A stretch of DNA of 64,000 bases from Octopus vulgaris. Lineage: Eukaryota. Numbering within the stretch: the stretch's first letter is position 1; each line of letters starts with the position of its first letter. Below, piece after piece: positions 12,230 to 25,420 of this stretch. The translations under genes and the position numbers were made by a program. The DNA lies in contig OX597815.1 of NCBI GenBank assembly GCA_951406725.2, positions 212,722,001-212,786,000 of the forward strand. Reading direction: 5' to 3'. The notes beneath the pieces were generated by a model that saw only the letters and a program-made list of their open reading frames with translations, searched no databases and was not told the DNA's origin.

Positions 12230-13742
12230 TAAGCAATGTATATTTCGGAATGATGAAGGATATCAAGTCGGTCCTTCAAGGAAACTAGTACAACCGACTG
12301 CACAGTTTGCGCCAACTTCGCCGAGAAAGTGTATACATGATTGTAACAGTAGCAGCATCATCCCATTCAATTATATCAGCCTGTTGATGCTGAATCACGG
12401 ACCAATATCATAAAAATTATTTTCATTATGTATAAATCCATATATTTTCCGACTGATTTATTCGTTAAATACATGTGGCAATTCCATTTAATAGTCGTTT
12501 CATATATACATAAATATATAATGTATTTCTGTGCTAAGTCGAACAGATATATAAGTAAACTATACTATACATGAAGAAATTTAGTTTTTCAAAAACATGC
12601 ATAAGAACATTTATTGAAAAAGATTTCTGACTCATAAAAGATCGGGATGTGTGTGTGTGTGTGTTTATAATTGTTATTTATTCTATACTGTTGCATAAAA
12701 ATAATTATGTAGTTATTAATTCATACTTGATAGTCAACAGAGCGGAAAATGTGCCACCAGGTCGATAAAATACTAACCAATTTATATCATATACTATAAA
12801 ATCTGACGACAAAAGCAAACACATGAATTGATAATTTGTCATCAAAGCAGTGACGGGTTCGATAAACTGCATCTATTTTTTTCTTTCTCTAATCACCATC
12901 AACTCTACTTTTAACAGTCATCTTTCTAAAGTAACTTATCTAAATGATAATTATTTTATTTCCTTGCTTTTTTTTTACGCAAATCAAAATTGTCTAAATT
13001 GCACAGTTCAAAAGTTAATGCAAAGAAACAAAATCTATAATTGGAGGCAAAGTGCTCGTTAAAGCTACGAGTTTCTTTAGTGGAAGCGGAGATGTGGAAC
13101 CGTCTTCGATCAACTTGTTCCCATTAACTCTGTTCCTGTCAATAACAACACCAATTAACAACCACTTGCTTAATCATACACGCATAGACATGCCAAAACC
13201 CATACACAAAAGTGTGCATAAATCTAAGACAGGAAAATATTCCATGTGAAATTTTAGCAGTTTATAAACGATATCGAGTCAAGGACAAACTAACAAAGGA
13301 AAGTAAATAAGTAGATGAAATTTTTACGATTATCTTTAAAATTGCGAGTGAGTTAGTTTTAGGAAATAGATCACATACATATACAAACGGCACGCGTAGA
13401 ACAAAGTTTGGTATATTATATATAATTAATTACTGTTCATAATTAAGTTTTGAATAAGCCACACATACACACAAAAATATGAGATAAATGGATAGTTTGT
13501 TATTTAAGAAGTTAACATGTGATTCTAGTGCAACTGATTACCATGTTTACATCCAACAATGGAATATATTTGTTTTTAATTAACACAAATTCCAAAAGTT
13601 ATAAAATAAACACTTGTAACTAATTACCCGCAAAGAATTGATTCAAAACGAAAAAAAAAGAAGAAAAAGAATGAACAGTAAATTCCGAAGTAAAAGAAAA
13701 AAATAGTTAAGCTTGGTAAAAAGAATCTTGGAGACGACTCAC

Positions 13743-14263
13743 GTTTTTAGAAAGAATATTTGAGATCCCTTTAAAGTAATCACATATCCGTTGGTTTGTT
13801 TGTTTGTTTACTTCCGACCGTCTATAATTTCAAATCATTTGATATGTATAAGTGCATCAAGGCAGAGCGAATTTACTCCTCGACTGAGAACAACAGATTC
13901 TACAACAGTAGTCGTCGCGGTCGTCGAAATGTTTGAAGGAAAAAGAAGGCCGAACCAAGTCTGAAGTGTCTGTCGTCGGTGCCGGCGTCGCTTAGTGTTT
14001 GTTGTTGGTTGGTTGCTGGCTTTTAAATGGGAGTGTTATTAGTTAAGAGTGTTTGACAGTCCGATCTATTGAGCTTTTCGGTTTTTTCCCCCTCTGCTTT
14101 CTCCAACGGCTAATTCCCCTCTGCTTTCTCAAACACCATGCATTGAAGACACGGTTTAGATTCCGACATGGCTTTTGTTTTCCTCTCTCCCTCACACTCT
14201 CTCTCTCTCTACTTTTTATTTTATTTTTACGCGACTGCTCTCTTAAGTAGGGAGCTTTTTATA
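13743..14263 (-). promoter_or_regulatory. Candidate Pol II promoter and non-coding first exon
   Basis: Repeat-free and CpG-richer. Minus-strand TATAAAAA (14263-14256), Inr-like GCAGTC about 27 nt downstream (14238-14233), donor AAC|GTGAGT at 13743/13742, and a possible next acceptor GTTATTGACAG| at 13136/13135. Confidence 0.5.
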
Positions 14264-15279
14264 AGCCTTTGTTGAATATATTTGCACAGAGCGAGAAGGG
14301 TCACTGCATAGGGAGAATGAAAGAAAAAAAGATAAACAAAATATTTTTGAACTGTCCCATACCAGCAACACTTGGTCGTAACTGTTTGCTGCTAGAGATA
14401 ATAATTCCTTCTGATTTTGGCTGAAGGCCAGGATTTTGAGCGGAGGGGGGAATCGATTACACCGACCCCAGTGCTTGACTGGTGCTTTGTTTTATCGATC
14501 CCGAAAAGATTAAAAGAAAAAGTTGACCTAATAATACTGGGGGAAATGCTTCTGAGATACTAAATGATAAAAATGATTCTAGAAAATATATCTTAAAATA
14601 TTCTACCGATAACAAATAGAAACTAAAATGTAACAAGCAAGCGCGAGGAGAAGTTTAAAATATATGTAGCATATTGAAATACCCACTAAAATATAAAAAA
14701 ATACATATATAAAGTAATTGAAATGTATCGATGAGAAATGTTTTAAGACCCCCGACTCATTGGTGGGGGTACAAAAGGGAGTCATGCCCCTTTTCTATCG
14801 TCTACACACGCGCACACACACCTTACTGGACAGGAAGAGTCAACTTCAAGAAGTGATTGTTTAACCCCATATCATCATTGATCCAGAAGATCTATGATCA
14901 AAAGCGTTTAAGCCGTGACTGTCCCAGATTTTTGTATATCAATGAACTATTATCGGACTTAAAATAAGAACAGCAATAAACGAGTGAATGACGAAACAGT
15001 GCGTGTGTTTATTTGGCAAAAAAAATAATAATAATGACCATCCAGAAATATAACAATAGTTCAACACGGTTTCACATCAGAGATCTTGCAACAACACAAA
15101 TTCATAAATGTATTTTATTGTGCCCTTTATTTGAGGCTGTAGGGTATGATCTGGTGATCTCTCATGGGTCGATGCAATAAGGTAGTGACTCCCTCGTTAA
15201 GTTTAATACTTTTCTGTTTTTGTATCGTTTTAGGAATTAAAAACCAGGTAATAATCAATTATTAAGAATGGATGAAACG

Positions 15280-15402
<123 letters not shown>

Positions 15403-16916
15403 GGATATAGGATATATCTTATTTCTCTGTCAAGACAAAGAGATTACAAATAGCATGTTTGGGGAGTCTGAGATTGTTGGTTGGAGAAAGTTTACTTCTG
15501 GGCGTAATCTGAAACACCAACTATTGATTGACAGCCTATTTCCAATAATAGAGCAGATCTGGAGGTGGAGAAGACCGAAGTATATCTTGGCCTTGGTTAA
15601 AAGGAAAAAGAAAAATCTCAGTAGAATGGACAAAATATCAGCTATTCAATTATTATTGGCACGGTGATAAATGCTTCTACCTCATTATTTAGCAACGAAA
15701 CGGGTAAGGAAAACAGCGGGACAGAGTGAACAGCAAACAGATGTCTTTTTTGAATTTTTTTTAGTATTTTTGTATTTTTAGAAGCTGCTACCAACGGTAC
15801 CAGTCTTCTCTTATTTTAACATTATATTAGACACATAAAAGCAACAATTCAAAAACTGTTTAAATAAGTTCGTATGCTGTGAGAAAATACGTTTCGGGGA
15901 GTGGCTCCTCGACAGAATTTTTTTTTTTTTTTTCGTCATCCTAAATCAGTGTTCTATTTTTTCCACACTACACGAACTTATCAAAACCTGCGAACTTCCT
16001 AAAATAATTGTTGCTAAACAGACCCCCATCAGCAATTTATTATTATTATTTTATAAAACTATGGACTACTGTAACCACCAGGTTAACCAAAAGATACGTT
16101 TTAGTGAGGTTGACAGTCGAAACACAAAAAGTATAGACTTCATTGATTGGTTGAAATTGCCAAAATACGAGAAATTTAACAACAAATAGCTTACAAACTA
16201 CAGAATTGTCTCAAGAAAGCCAAGAGAAAAAGATGTTTTATGTAACACATTCTACCAGTATACAAAGTTTAAAAGTGTTTAGTTACAAAGAAATTATTTT
16301 TTAAATCTGCCGGTCAAAGTGAAAAGATCCAAAGAATCATTTGTTACATCCTGAGGTAATATAGGAAGGGTTTCAACATAGTAAAAAAAGAATGTAGAAA
16401 TTTTGAATGGTGCTAATGAGAGATGACACAAAACTGGCTTAATTCCATTCCAGTGTGCCTCTGTATGTGTTATATGTGTGTGTCATGAATTTACACACAC
16501 ACACGCAATCAATGCATTGGAGCATATGACCTTATGGCTTTACACATACATTTCACAAATTACCTAACCTAACCTTATAAGCATATATACAAGAATAATC
16601 AGAAAATTCCATTTCTTCAAAACACGATTGGCTTAACTGATTTTCAGTTTCCTTCATATACTACTATCAAAATGAAGATCTTTGTCAAATATTTGCTTCC
16701 AGCTATTCTTGCAAACTGACAAGCTAACTCATTGTTCATAAGCTTAAGACAGACATTTAATTGTGTCTCATTATGCCCAACACAAACTGACTAGCTTTTT
16801 TTTTTTTAAAGATATAGCAACCATTCACATTTGAAAATTGAGTAGTTGGAGTAAAAATAGATAAAGTTAATTGCTACCAGAAACTGAATGAGAAACTGAA
16901 TTTGAAAATACTACAG

Positions 16917-17093
16917 ATGGTATGGCTGAGTGGCAAGAAGGTTGCTTCCAAACCACATGGTTCTGGGTTCAGCCCCACTGCATGGGACCTTGAGCTATAG
17001 TCTTCTACTATAGCCTCAAGCCAACCAAAGCCTTGTGAGTGGATTTGGTAGACAGGAACTGAAAGAAACATATCGTGTGTGTGTGTGTGTGCG

Positions 17094-17126
<33 letters not shown>

Positions 17127-17646
17127 TTCATTTTGGGATTTGGTTTGCAAGATTCTTTATATGAGTTCATGTGTTGAAGCATATTCCGTTGTGTCTGGGG
17201 AGAGTCATTCTCTTTTGGTGCCTTATGATTTAACACACCAGTAAAATTTCCATTTATTTCTTTTTTATTTTTATTTTTGTTGTGTCTTTTCAATAGTTTG
17301 AAAAGGTTACAAGATGCAATGAAAATTTTAGAAAAAGAAAAAAGAAATAAGTGGAAATTTTACCAGTGAGTGTGTTAAATTATAAGGCACAAAAAGAGAA
17401 TGAATCTCCCCAGACACAACAGAATATATATATATATATATAATGTAATGTAATATGCATGTGTTTTTGTGTCCATGTTTGTCCCCTATCACTGCTTGAC
17501 AACCAGTGTTGGTGTGTTTATACCCCATAACTTAGTGGTTCAGCAAAAGAAACCAATAGAATAAGTATCAGATTTATCAAAATAAATCCTGGGGTCGATT
17601 TGTTCAACAAAAACCCTTCAGTCAGATGACTGAAACAAGTAAAAGA
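16917..17646 (+). mobile_element. Family A SINE split by an insertion in its internal microsatellite
   Basis: 5' half about 16917-17070 and 3' half about 17460-17646, with a fold-back element between them. Confidence 0.8.
17181..17427. repeat. Fold-back (palindromic) element, arms about 110-130 bp
   Basis: ATATTCCGTTGTGTCTGGGGAGAGTCATTCTCTTTTGGTGCCTTAT... is mirrored by ...ATAAGGCACAAAAAGAGAATGAATCTCCCCAGACACAACAGAATAT, centred on TTTTCAATAGTTTGAAAA. Confidence 0.85.
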
Positions 17647-17768
17647 AGATAGATTAACACATAATGGGTTCTGTCCCGCTGCACAACCCCTTGGACAAGT
17701 GTCTTCTATTACAGACCACAGAGCTGACCAAAGCCTTACGGAAACTAGATGAAGCCTGTTGCACATTA

Positions 17769-17960
17769 TACAAGGGGGAGCTGAAAAGTTTCTGGCTTTG
17801 GGTAAAAGTAAATACAGGAGGATCAGTTAATTATGATTTTATTGAACGTATTCCCTTCTCAGATTCATGCACCTTATTGTAGCAGTCCTTGAATTTTTCT
17901 GAGCCCTGTAAATGAACTCAGAAGATTGCATCTCCAACTAGGCCTTTTGAGATGCCCTTA
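17769..17960 (-). mobile_element. Mariner-like 3' end fragment
   Basis: TA-CAAGGGGGAGCTGAAAAGTTTCTGG is a mariner-type TIR. The minus strand gives a decayed transposase C-terminus (FTGLRK...EGNT). Confidence 0.55.
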
Positions 17961-18037
17961 AAGCCGGTGCTGTACTCAACATTTAAACACACTAATCAAC
18001 TTACAGCTATTTGTCCAAATTATTATTATTATATATA

Positions 18038-18162
18038 TATACTTTATTTAAAGCAGCAGAAAATTCAACAAAACCTGCTTTAAATAAAGCATATTACTCT
18101 ACCACTGGTATTTGAGTACTCTTTTTTCCACCTTGTTTCACATTTATGTGTTTACTCCGGTA
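18038..18162 (+). mobile_element. Collapsed copy of the 32.5-kb Penelope-like palindromic element
   Basis: Keeps the outer arms (CTTTATTTAAAGCAG ... CTGCTTTAAATAAAGCATAT) and the tail TACTCTACC...TACTCCGGTA, but the hammerhead-containing centre is missing. Confidence 0.8.
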
Positions 18163-20029
18163 TGTGTTGTGTTTGGCCCTCAACACCAGTTGACAATTGA
18201 TGTTGGTTTGTTTACATTCTTGTAACTTAGTTAGGCAAACATGAGTAATAGAATAAGTACCAGGTTTAAAAACTAAGTACTGGGGTCAATTTGTTCAACT
18301 AGAGCCTTCAAGGTGTTGCCCCAACATGTTAAAGATAAAATATCTAAAACCCATTTAAAATAGTCTTCACAGTTTGAACTTCTATGGCCCCTATAAGGAG
18401 TTGACACCCTACTGAAAGGCAAGGACTTACAAAAGAAAGGACTGTATCTATGACCTACCTCAAGACCTCCAAAAACTTGTAGAAAGAAAGGCAGATGTAA
18501 TCTTCAAACCAGAGACATGACACAAATGCTTGTAATAGAGTGGAGTCTCCCTGCCAATAACTCCCAAGAGGGTAAGTAGTCCACATTACACTAATTGTAG
18601 GATTAAGTTAACCACGAGAGACTGATATTGATATTAAATTATTGTCACTATATATCTACAGGCATTTTCAGATTTATAAAATGTGGTATAATAATAAAGT
18701 TAATTATAAAAATCAGAAAGTTAAAACTTGTATAATTATAAAAGTGAAAGCAAGCATTTTTGAGATAATAAGCCTGTGTTTATATATCTTAGGTTTGAGA
18801 GAATCACTAGAGCATCAGACGAGTTATTGTGGCTCTGGTACCATAGATTTGAACAGAAGGTGGAAACTCCACTGGTCAGGTATGATGCCAACTATGTCTG
18901 CACAAGTAGAAGTAGGGACACACACTAACCCCTAGCTATCAGACTAAATAGATTGAAAATCTATTCAAATTATTTTTTTGTGCACCCTTAAAATCCAAAT
19001 CATTTACATACAAAAGTTTGCATGATACAGATCTAAATTCTCAATTTTCAATAGTGATTTTGGAATTAAGACAAAAAACAGTATTTAATATCATTACATT
19101 AGTTACCTAGATATCCATAAGCTAGTATTGATGGATTCATGTACTCTTTGACAGAATGTATAAACATGACTGTTCAAACAGCACTGATCCAATCCAACAT
19201 CTCTGCCACGCATTTCCTACTTCTGTCTTTCAAATTTCATCAACAATTCAGAAGAAGCACAAACTGCACTCATTTCTGTTATCTACAATATGACCTATTC
19301 TGATAGAGATAGCTAAATCTCCCTCAAGTTACACCCTTACCATCTTGAAATAGAAAGAGAAATCATTGAATTATGTAAACATGTAAATGTGTGTGACTTT
19401 GTATCGACTTTCCTTTCAAACAAGATTGGATTGTCATTGTTAGACAACCTTTCGACATAGGTTTGCTCAAGCAGGGTTGACCTGGAGCTAAAGAGCAAAT
19501 ACTGATTATGAAATAAACCTGGGAACAAAAACACAAGAAACGGGGACCTCCTGGTCTTTCAGAATCAATAAAACAAAGTACCAGTCAAATAATGGGCTGA
19601 GAGAAATCAATTACACCTCTTCCTGAAGAAATTCAAGGCCCTATGTTTAAGTTGGAAATCAATGTTGTGAAAGGTTCAGACAAGCACCAAGAAAAAGAAG
19701 TGATATAAAGTAACATTCTTTTAAATTCTGAGATTAGAAAGACTTATCCCACCCCCTTTACAATGGATTTTATTTTTTTGTCCTTCAAATTATGATAAAA
19801 AGGGCTGTGATCAGGTACAGGGTCAATTCAACTGATCAAACACTTTTCCTACAAATGAGTTAAATTTGCAAAGCAATACCAAATAAATAAAGCATTTAAA
19901 CCCATGAAATCTGGTTCAAATATTCTACCTGTTTTATGCTAAAGCCAGCCAGATCTGGCCTATCACACCTACCTTGCAATGTTGTTCTAAAATTAAGCAG
20001 TGACATCACTGAAATTTTGAAGCTACGAG

Positions 20030-20390
20030 GTAGCTTGCTTACCAACCACATGGTTCCGGGTTCAGTCCCACTGCGTGACACCTTGAGCAAGTGTCTTCTA
20101 CTATAGCCTCGAGCAAACCAAAGCCTTGTGAGTGGATTAGGTAGACGGAAACAGAAAGAAGCCCGTCATATGCATGCATATATATATATATGTGTGTATG
20201 TATGTTTGTGTATCTGTGTTTGTCCCCCCCCAACATCGCTTGACAACCGATGCTGGTGTGTTTACGTCCCCGTAACTTAGCGGTTCGGCAAAAGGGACCA
20301 ATAGAATAAGTTCTGGGGTCGATGTGCTCGATTAAAGTAGTGCTCCAGCATGGCCACAGTCAAATGACTGAAACAAGTAAAAGAGTAAAA
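20030..20390 (+). mobile_element. Family A SINE inserted in a piggyBac-type MITE
   Basis: Nearly complete family A body; both flanks match the 7023-7240 MITE family. Confidence 0.9.
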
Positions 20391-22592
20391 GCGAAAGTTT
20401 AAAACAATGTGAATAAATAAGAATTACATTTATCTGAATGCTAAAGAATTTATCTCAGGATTACAAGTAGAACATGCATTTTAAACTATGATATAAAAAT
20501 AATGAAAACAATAGTTTCATATGTCAGTTAAGTCTGTATCTAAAATACATAAATAGATAAATTTTCTCAAGAATAGTACCATGTAAAAAGAAATTAGGAT
20601 AACTTCTTTGTAAGAATCATGAAAATTAACAATCACCATAATTAACAGACTACACAACTAAATTTGACTACCAACAGACTACACAGAAATTAAGTTATTA
20701 CCACAACCCCTAGTCGGATTATATTTATACTGGATTAAGAAACTCTGAAAATATATAGCTTATATGCGGTAACAAATAATTTTGGTCAAATAAAACTATT
20801 TCAGTGTACATAAAATGTATGTTATGGAAAGCAACAAAACACAAACACACTAAGATTCTACGCCTTTTAAGAGGGAACCAGATGGAGTAACAAGATATAC
20901 ACCCATCAATAGAAAAAAAGGTTGTTTAATGAATAGTAGTTTTGGTTGCATCACTCAGTCTAACAGAAATGGAGTGTGATGTGTCATAAATCAATGAACC
21001 AGTTTTACCTGGTTTTAACAGTACATCATGTTGATTGGCAGGGTTCCCCACCATCCCTAATGAATGGATATCTTGAATAACTTGACAACATTTAAGTAAT
21101 ATTCGATGGATAATAGCAGAACAAGTGTTGACCAAATATACCCAGCATTCTTCACCTGCACATAGACACTGTACTGCATCGTTGCAGATAGATTTCTAAG
21201 GTTTCCTGCGTTAGCCAGAACATTAACCTTAAATCAACTCAATAGAACATCATCAGAATGAGATGGAACAAGTTGTTAATAGTACAAATATATAATTCAT
21301 TTGGTAATAGGAGAGGGGTTGTGTCATAGCTCTGTGGTACGATAAATCTACGTTTCCAGGAATTCAAGTCATTTTTTGATGAAAAGAATCCAATACTGCG
21401 TAAATTTATTTTTTATGAATTATCTAAAGAAGCAGAACGGATGACACCTGTATGTCGGTATAGACTGGTGAGGTTGGTGTTTAGTATGAACTTCTGTGAG
21501 AAATGTAATCTTTGTAAGAAAATGAGGGTTTGGAGAACGACTCTGAGGAAGAACGTCTTAGAGAAAAAGTGTTTAGTGCAGAGTCTGATGGTTAAGGCAC
21601 AGAGGTGTCCACAAGGGAAGAAGAGACAGGTGCACCAGGTGTGCCTACATGGAAGTGGTGTGCAGCTCGTTACTTCAGGAGGGAAGAAGTTATTTTAGTA
21701 GTAGGAGAAGAAACAGTATTTGTGGTTGCAGGGTTTCTGCAGGTTAATAGTTATAAGAAAAATGTGAGCAGAGAAAGAATTACAGAAAGATGCAATTTTG
21801 GTGAGGCATGGTTCGGTAATGTGTTTTATGTGGGGATTAACATGGATACCGGGTGAGACACATTAGGGTTAAGTGGAAAGGAGGAGAGATGTGCACATGA
21901 GGTAGTCTAAAGCAGAAGGGAAACAAGAGTAAATTTGCTTGTTTGTTTGTGAATGAAAAAGAAAAACAAGACGGGGAGTAGTAATACAGCAATTGGTACA
22001 AGTTGAATTGGTACATTGAAGCTAAAGATGCACCAACGCTTATTGGCACTGGTATGGAGAATGAACATTTCTGAACCTCCATTTTAGCACAATTCAAAGA
22101 TCTTGGCATTGTTCCTGCTTTGGCCAAGGCAGTCAGGACAATATGTTAGCTCCTAAGTTATGAGGAAAGCTATGGGGTTTTTTATTTGCTTCTTGTAATC
22201 CTGATGGCTATGCTTCAGCCTACTGGCAATATTCTAAAATGTTGTTTGGCAGCAATGCAAAACTATTGAGAGTAGGTAGAGCAAATGATTTACTTAAGTG
22301 GGGTTTATTTATTATTTTAGTAGAGAAGGGGAGGGGGGGGTTAAGGTCGTGAAACAAAGCGAACATATTCTGACTCATTCCAACCAAAAAACTTCTCCCA
22401 CTCTCCTGATTGTGACAGCAAACACAACACAATTACCTGCAAACTAAAGAGAACAGATAGAAGTGATTTTAAAGGTTTATATATTTGAAATTTGAAAGAA
22501 AAATATTCAGTCATCTCTTCATATTTGCTCTGGATACTGAAAGTATTTAAAATGTGTGTGAACATATATTCATATACTAATACCTATTTCAT

Positions 22593-22826
22593 ATTTCTTT
22601 ATTGGCCACAAGGGGCTAAACATAGAGGGGACAAACAAGGACAGACAAACGGATTAAGTCTATTATATCAACCCCAGTGCGTAACTGGTACTTATTTAAT
22701 CAACCCCTGAGAGGATGAAAGGCAAAGTCAACCTCGGCAGAATTTGAACTCAGAACGTAACAGCAGACGAAATACCGCTAAGCATTTTGCCCGGCATGCT
22801 AACGTTTCTGCCAGCTCGCCGCCTTA
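22593..22826 (-). mobile_element. Full family C SINE with 14-bp TSD
   Basis: TSD AATACCTATTTCAT at 22579-22592 and 22827-22840. Confidence 0.92.
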
Positions 22827-23816
22827 AATACCTATTTCATGTTACACTAAGGAAAGGTGTACGGTACTAGAATTTTCGACTCAAGTCCAATATAACAAAC
22901 TACTCCAAATCATTGTTAGTGTATCCGCATAAGCAGAGTCACGACCATCAAGTAAGTATTGGTACTGTGTTGTATTAGTTGTAATAATGAAGTCCAACCA
23001 AATACTGATATTTTGAAATCATTTGATGCATATTAAATCACTTCAAGATATCACTATTTGGTTTCACTTCATTATCACAACTATATATAAATACCTATAC
23101 ATACAGGTATGCACATACATACAGGTGTATGACATAAATGAAGAGTGGAGTTTATGATATAACTTTCATTCCATGGTTTCCAAATTAAGGTGACCAATTA
23201 TAATAATGATTTAGTAATGCATATTGTGTAATGTATATAACTTAGAAGCACCAGTAGTTGTTTCATTGAACCAACTGAATAAAGTAATATACACACACAC
23301 ACACACACACGTGTGTGTGTGTGTTATGAATCATAACATCAGATTGTAGACAGTTATGCACCATCAACCATATCGGATTCACCATTCGCAGCTCTATCAG
23401 AACAATATTTTTGATAGATAAGAACAGTAAAAGAGTAAATTTGCTGGCATGCACAAAACTTGACTAAGCTGGAATTTATTAGAGTCGCACAAAGAACAGT
23501 TGAATAAAATATATGCAGGTACAATGATATTTAAAACCATTGTGAACACTTGAACATGGGAAGACCTTTCACTGCAAGAATAGTCTTGGGTAAATTTTTT
23601 CCTCTTAACATTGAGAACAATGAATTTCATATTCACAGCTGATAAGGTGTAACAATGCAGAAATACATGCATCATACAATCCCTATCCCAATGAGTTTTC
23701 ATATATGTTGTCTCCAGAAGAGAAATTTCTCCCAAGACTATTTCCACAGCATAAGATCTTCTTGCATTCAAGTCTACATGGACATGTTAAATATCACTGT
23801 ACTTTCATATATTCAT

Positions 23817-24029
23817 TTAATCCATTAGCATTTAAACCGGCTATATCCAGCCCAAATATGCTGTCTGTTTTATGTTCTAACCAATCAGATCCAGTCTATC
23901 ACACATAGCCTTCAATGTCACTCAAAAAGTATAGAATCACATCATCAAAATTTCAAATCTACGAAATAAGGCATGATTAATTAGAAACATTGTAAATGAG
24001 ACAGAATAATCTGAATGCAAAACGGTTAA
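23817..24029. mobile_element. piggyBac-type MITE (second family)
   Basis: TTAA-TCCATTAGCATTT ... AATGCAAAACGG-TTAA; homologous to 7023-7240. Confidence 0.7.
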
Positions 24030-24160
24030 TCAACGGTGCTTTCTATAATTCTATTTAATGAATACAGGACTTTACCACAGAAAACACCCAACAATTCACA
24101 ACTATCCAAAGTATAATATATATACACACACACACACACACACTTATGCATACATATATA

Positions 24161-25236
24161 TCAGGTTGGAAAGAAAGTTTGTCACATTTCACATGATTAC
24201 CTTAAGGGGACATTTTCAATACTAAATTGAACATTAATTTTTACAGTTTTTTTCTCTTTTTTTGCAGATTATTTTATACCATAGAGGTTAAATTCATATT
24301 GATTTTAACCTTTTAAAATGAGATCAGATCCATATCAAACACTGTATGTTGTATGAATCCAAAAGGGACTCTTTATCAATGGAAGCAGCAAGAAATATTC
24401 ACTTTATCTATGGAACCTTTGGATAATAATACCAATGGTGGTTTGGCCAGGTTTGTTCAGAAAAATTTTTTCTTTTGCAGATCCTCCTTGATCTGGAAGA
24501 CCAAAGCAAACTGCACAAGAATTAGAAAAACTGTTCAATTTAAGTTACATTTCAATTACAAAATACCTAGGAAAAGTGTCTAAACTTGGTCAGTGCACCC
24601 TTTGTTATTTGATAGCTTCTCAAAGAGTTGCCCACTATTTGTCACTGAAGCATGACTTACCACCAAACCTATTCTGGACAGAATCATCACAACTGATGAA
24701 AACTGAGTTCTCTATAATCATATCCAATGAAAAAGGGGTATTCATCCCCAAATCAGGGCTAAGCCCAAAATTGTTATACTCTGTATAACAGATGAAGGGT
24801 GTCATCTATCATGAAGTGTTAAACCAAAGCAAAAACAGTTAATGCATACAAGTATTGCCATCAAGTGGAAGTGTTGTGAAAAAGAAGTGCCCATCGTTGG
24901 TCAATAATATAGGGGTGTTAAAACAAAGCAAGATCACATATGGCCCAAGTCACTGAGGAAAAGATTATGGCACTGTTGACCTTGCTCTGTTTGAGGATCA
25001 TCTTTGCAGATTTCTACAACATTATTTGGAGGGAAAACAATTTATGAACTGTAAAGTGATTAACAGTCACAGACATACTGAGAGTTTCATTGCTTCAAAA
25101 GCTGAGTTATTTTATGTCCAAGAGATTCAACAATTTGTTGAATAGATGGGATTATCTTGATTAAATACATCAATTAACACCAAAAAAGCATTTGTTTCTT
25201 TCCCATATTGAAATGCAACAGGACTTTTCCAAACTA
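24161..25236 (+). mobile_element. Decayed mariner (DD34D-type) transposon
   Basis: Frameshifted motifs IHIKHCMLYE, SGRP, KVSKLGQ, LDRIITTDE, KGVIYHEVL and DLALFEDHLCRFLQHYLEGKQF. Degenerate TIRs TCAGGTTGGAAAGAAAGTTTGTCACATTTC / GAAATGCAACAGGACTTTTCCAAACT sit in TA context. Confidence 0.88.
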
Positions 25237-25420
25237 TATATATATATGCGCAAGCATACATAAATATATACATACATATACTCATATCTCATATATACAT
25301 AAAGTTACAGATGCATAAATGCACTTACATATACATACACATAAATATAAACATATATGTATATATATATGCACATACACACACATATATACATATATAT
25401 ATATTACATATATATATACA

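Noticed and set aside
18380-18580. Possible restriction-like endonuclease remnant of a non-LTR element
   Set aside because: Only a vague ADVIF..EWSLP resemblance, too decayed to support.
22579-22592. Sequence-specific targeting of family C to ATACCT sites
   Set aside because: It fits about three insertions, but other TSDs (9488, 45181, 49124) differ; tail microhomology explains it more simply.
23397-23771. 124-aa minus-strand ORF
   Set aside because: Non-ATG start, no recognisable domain and no convincing splice signals.
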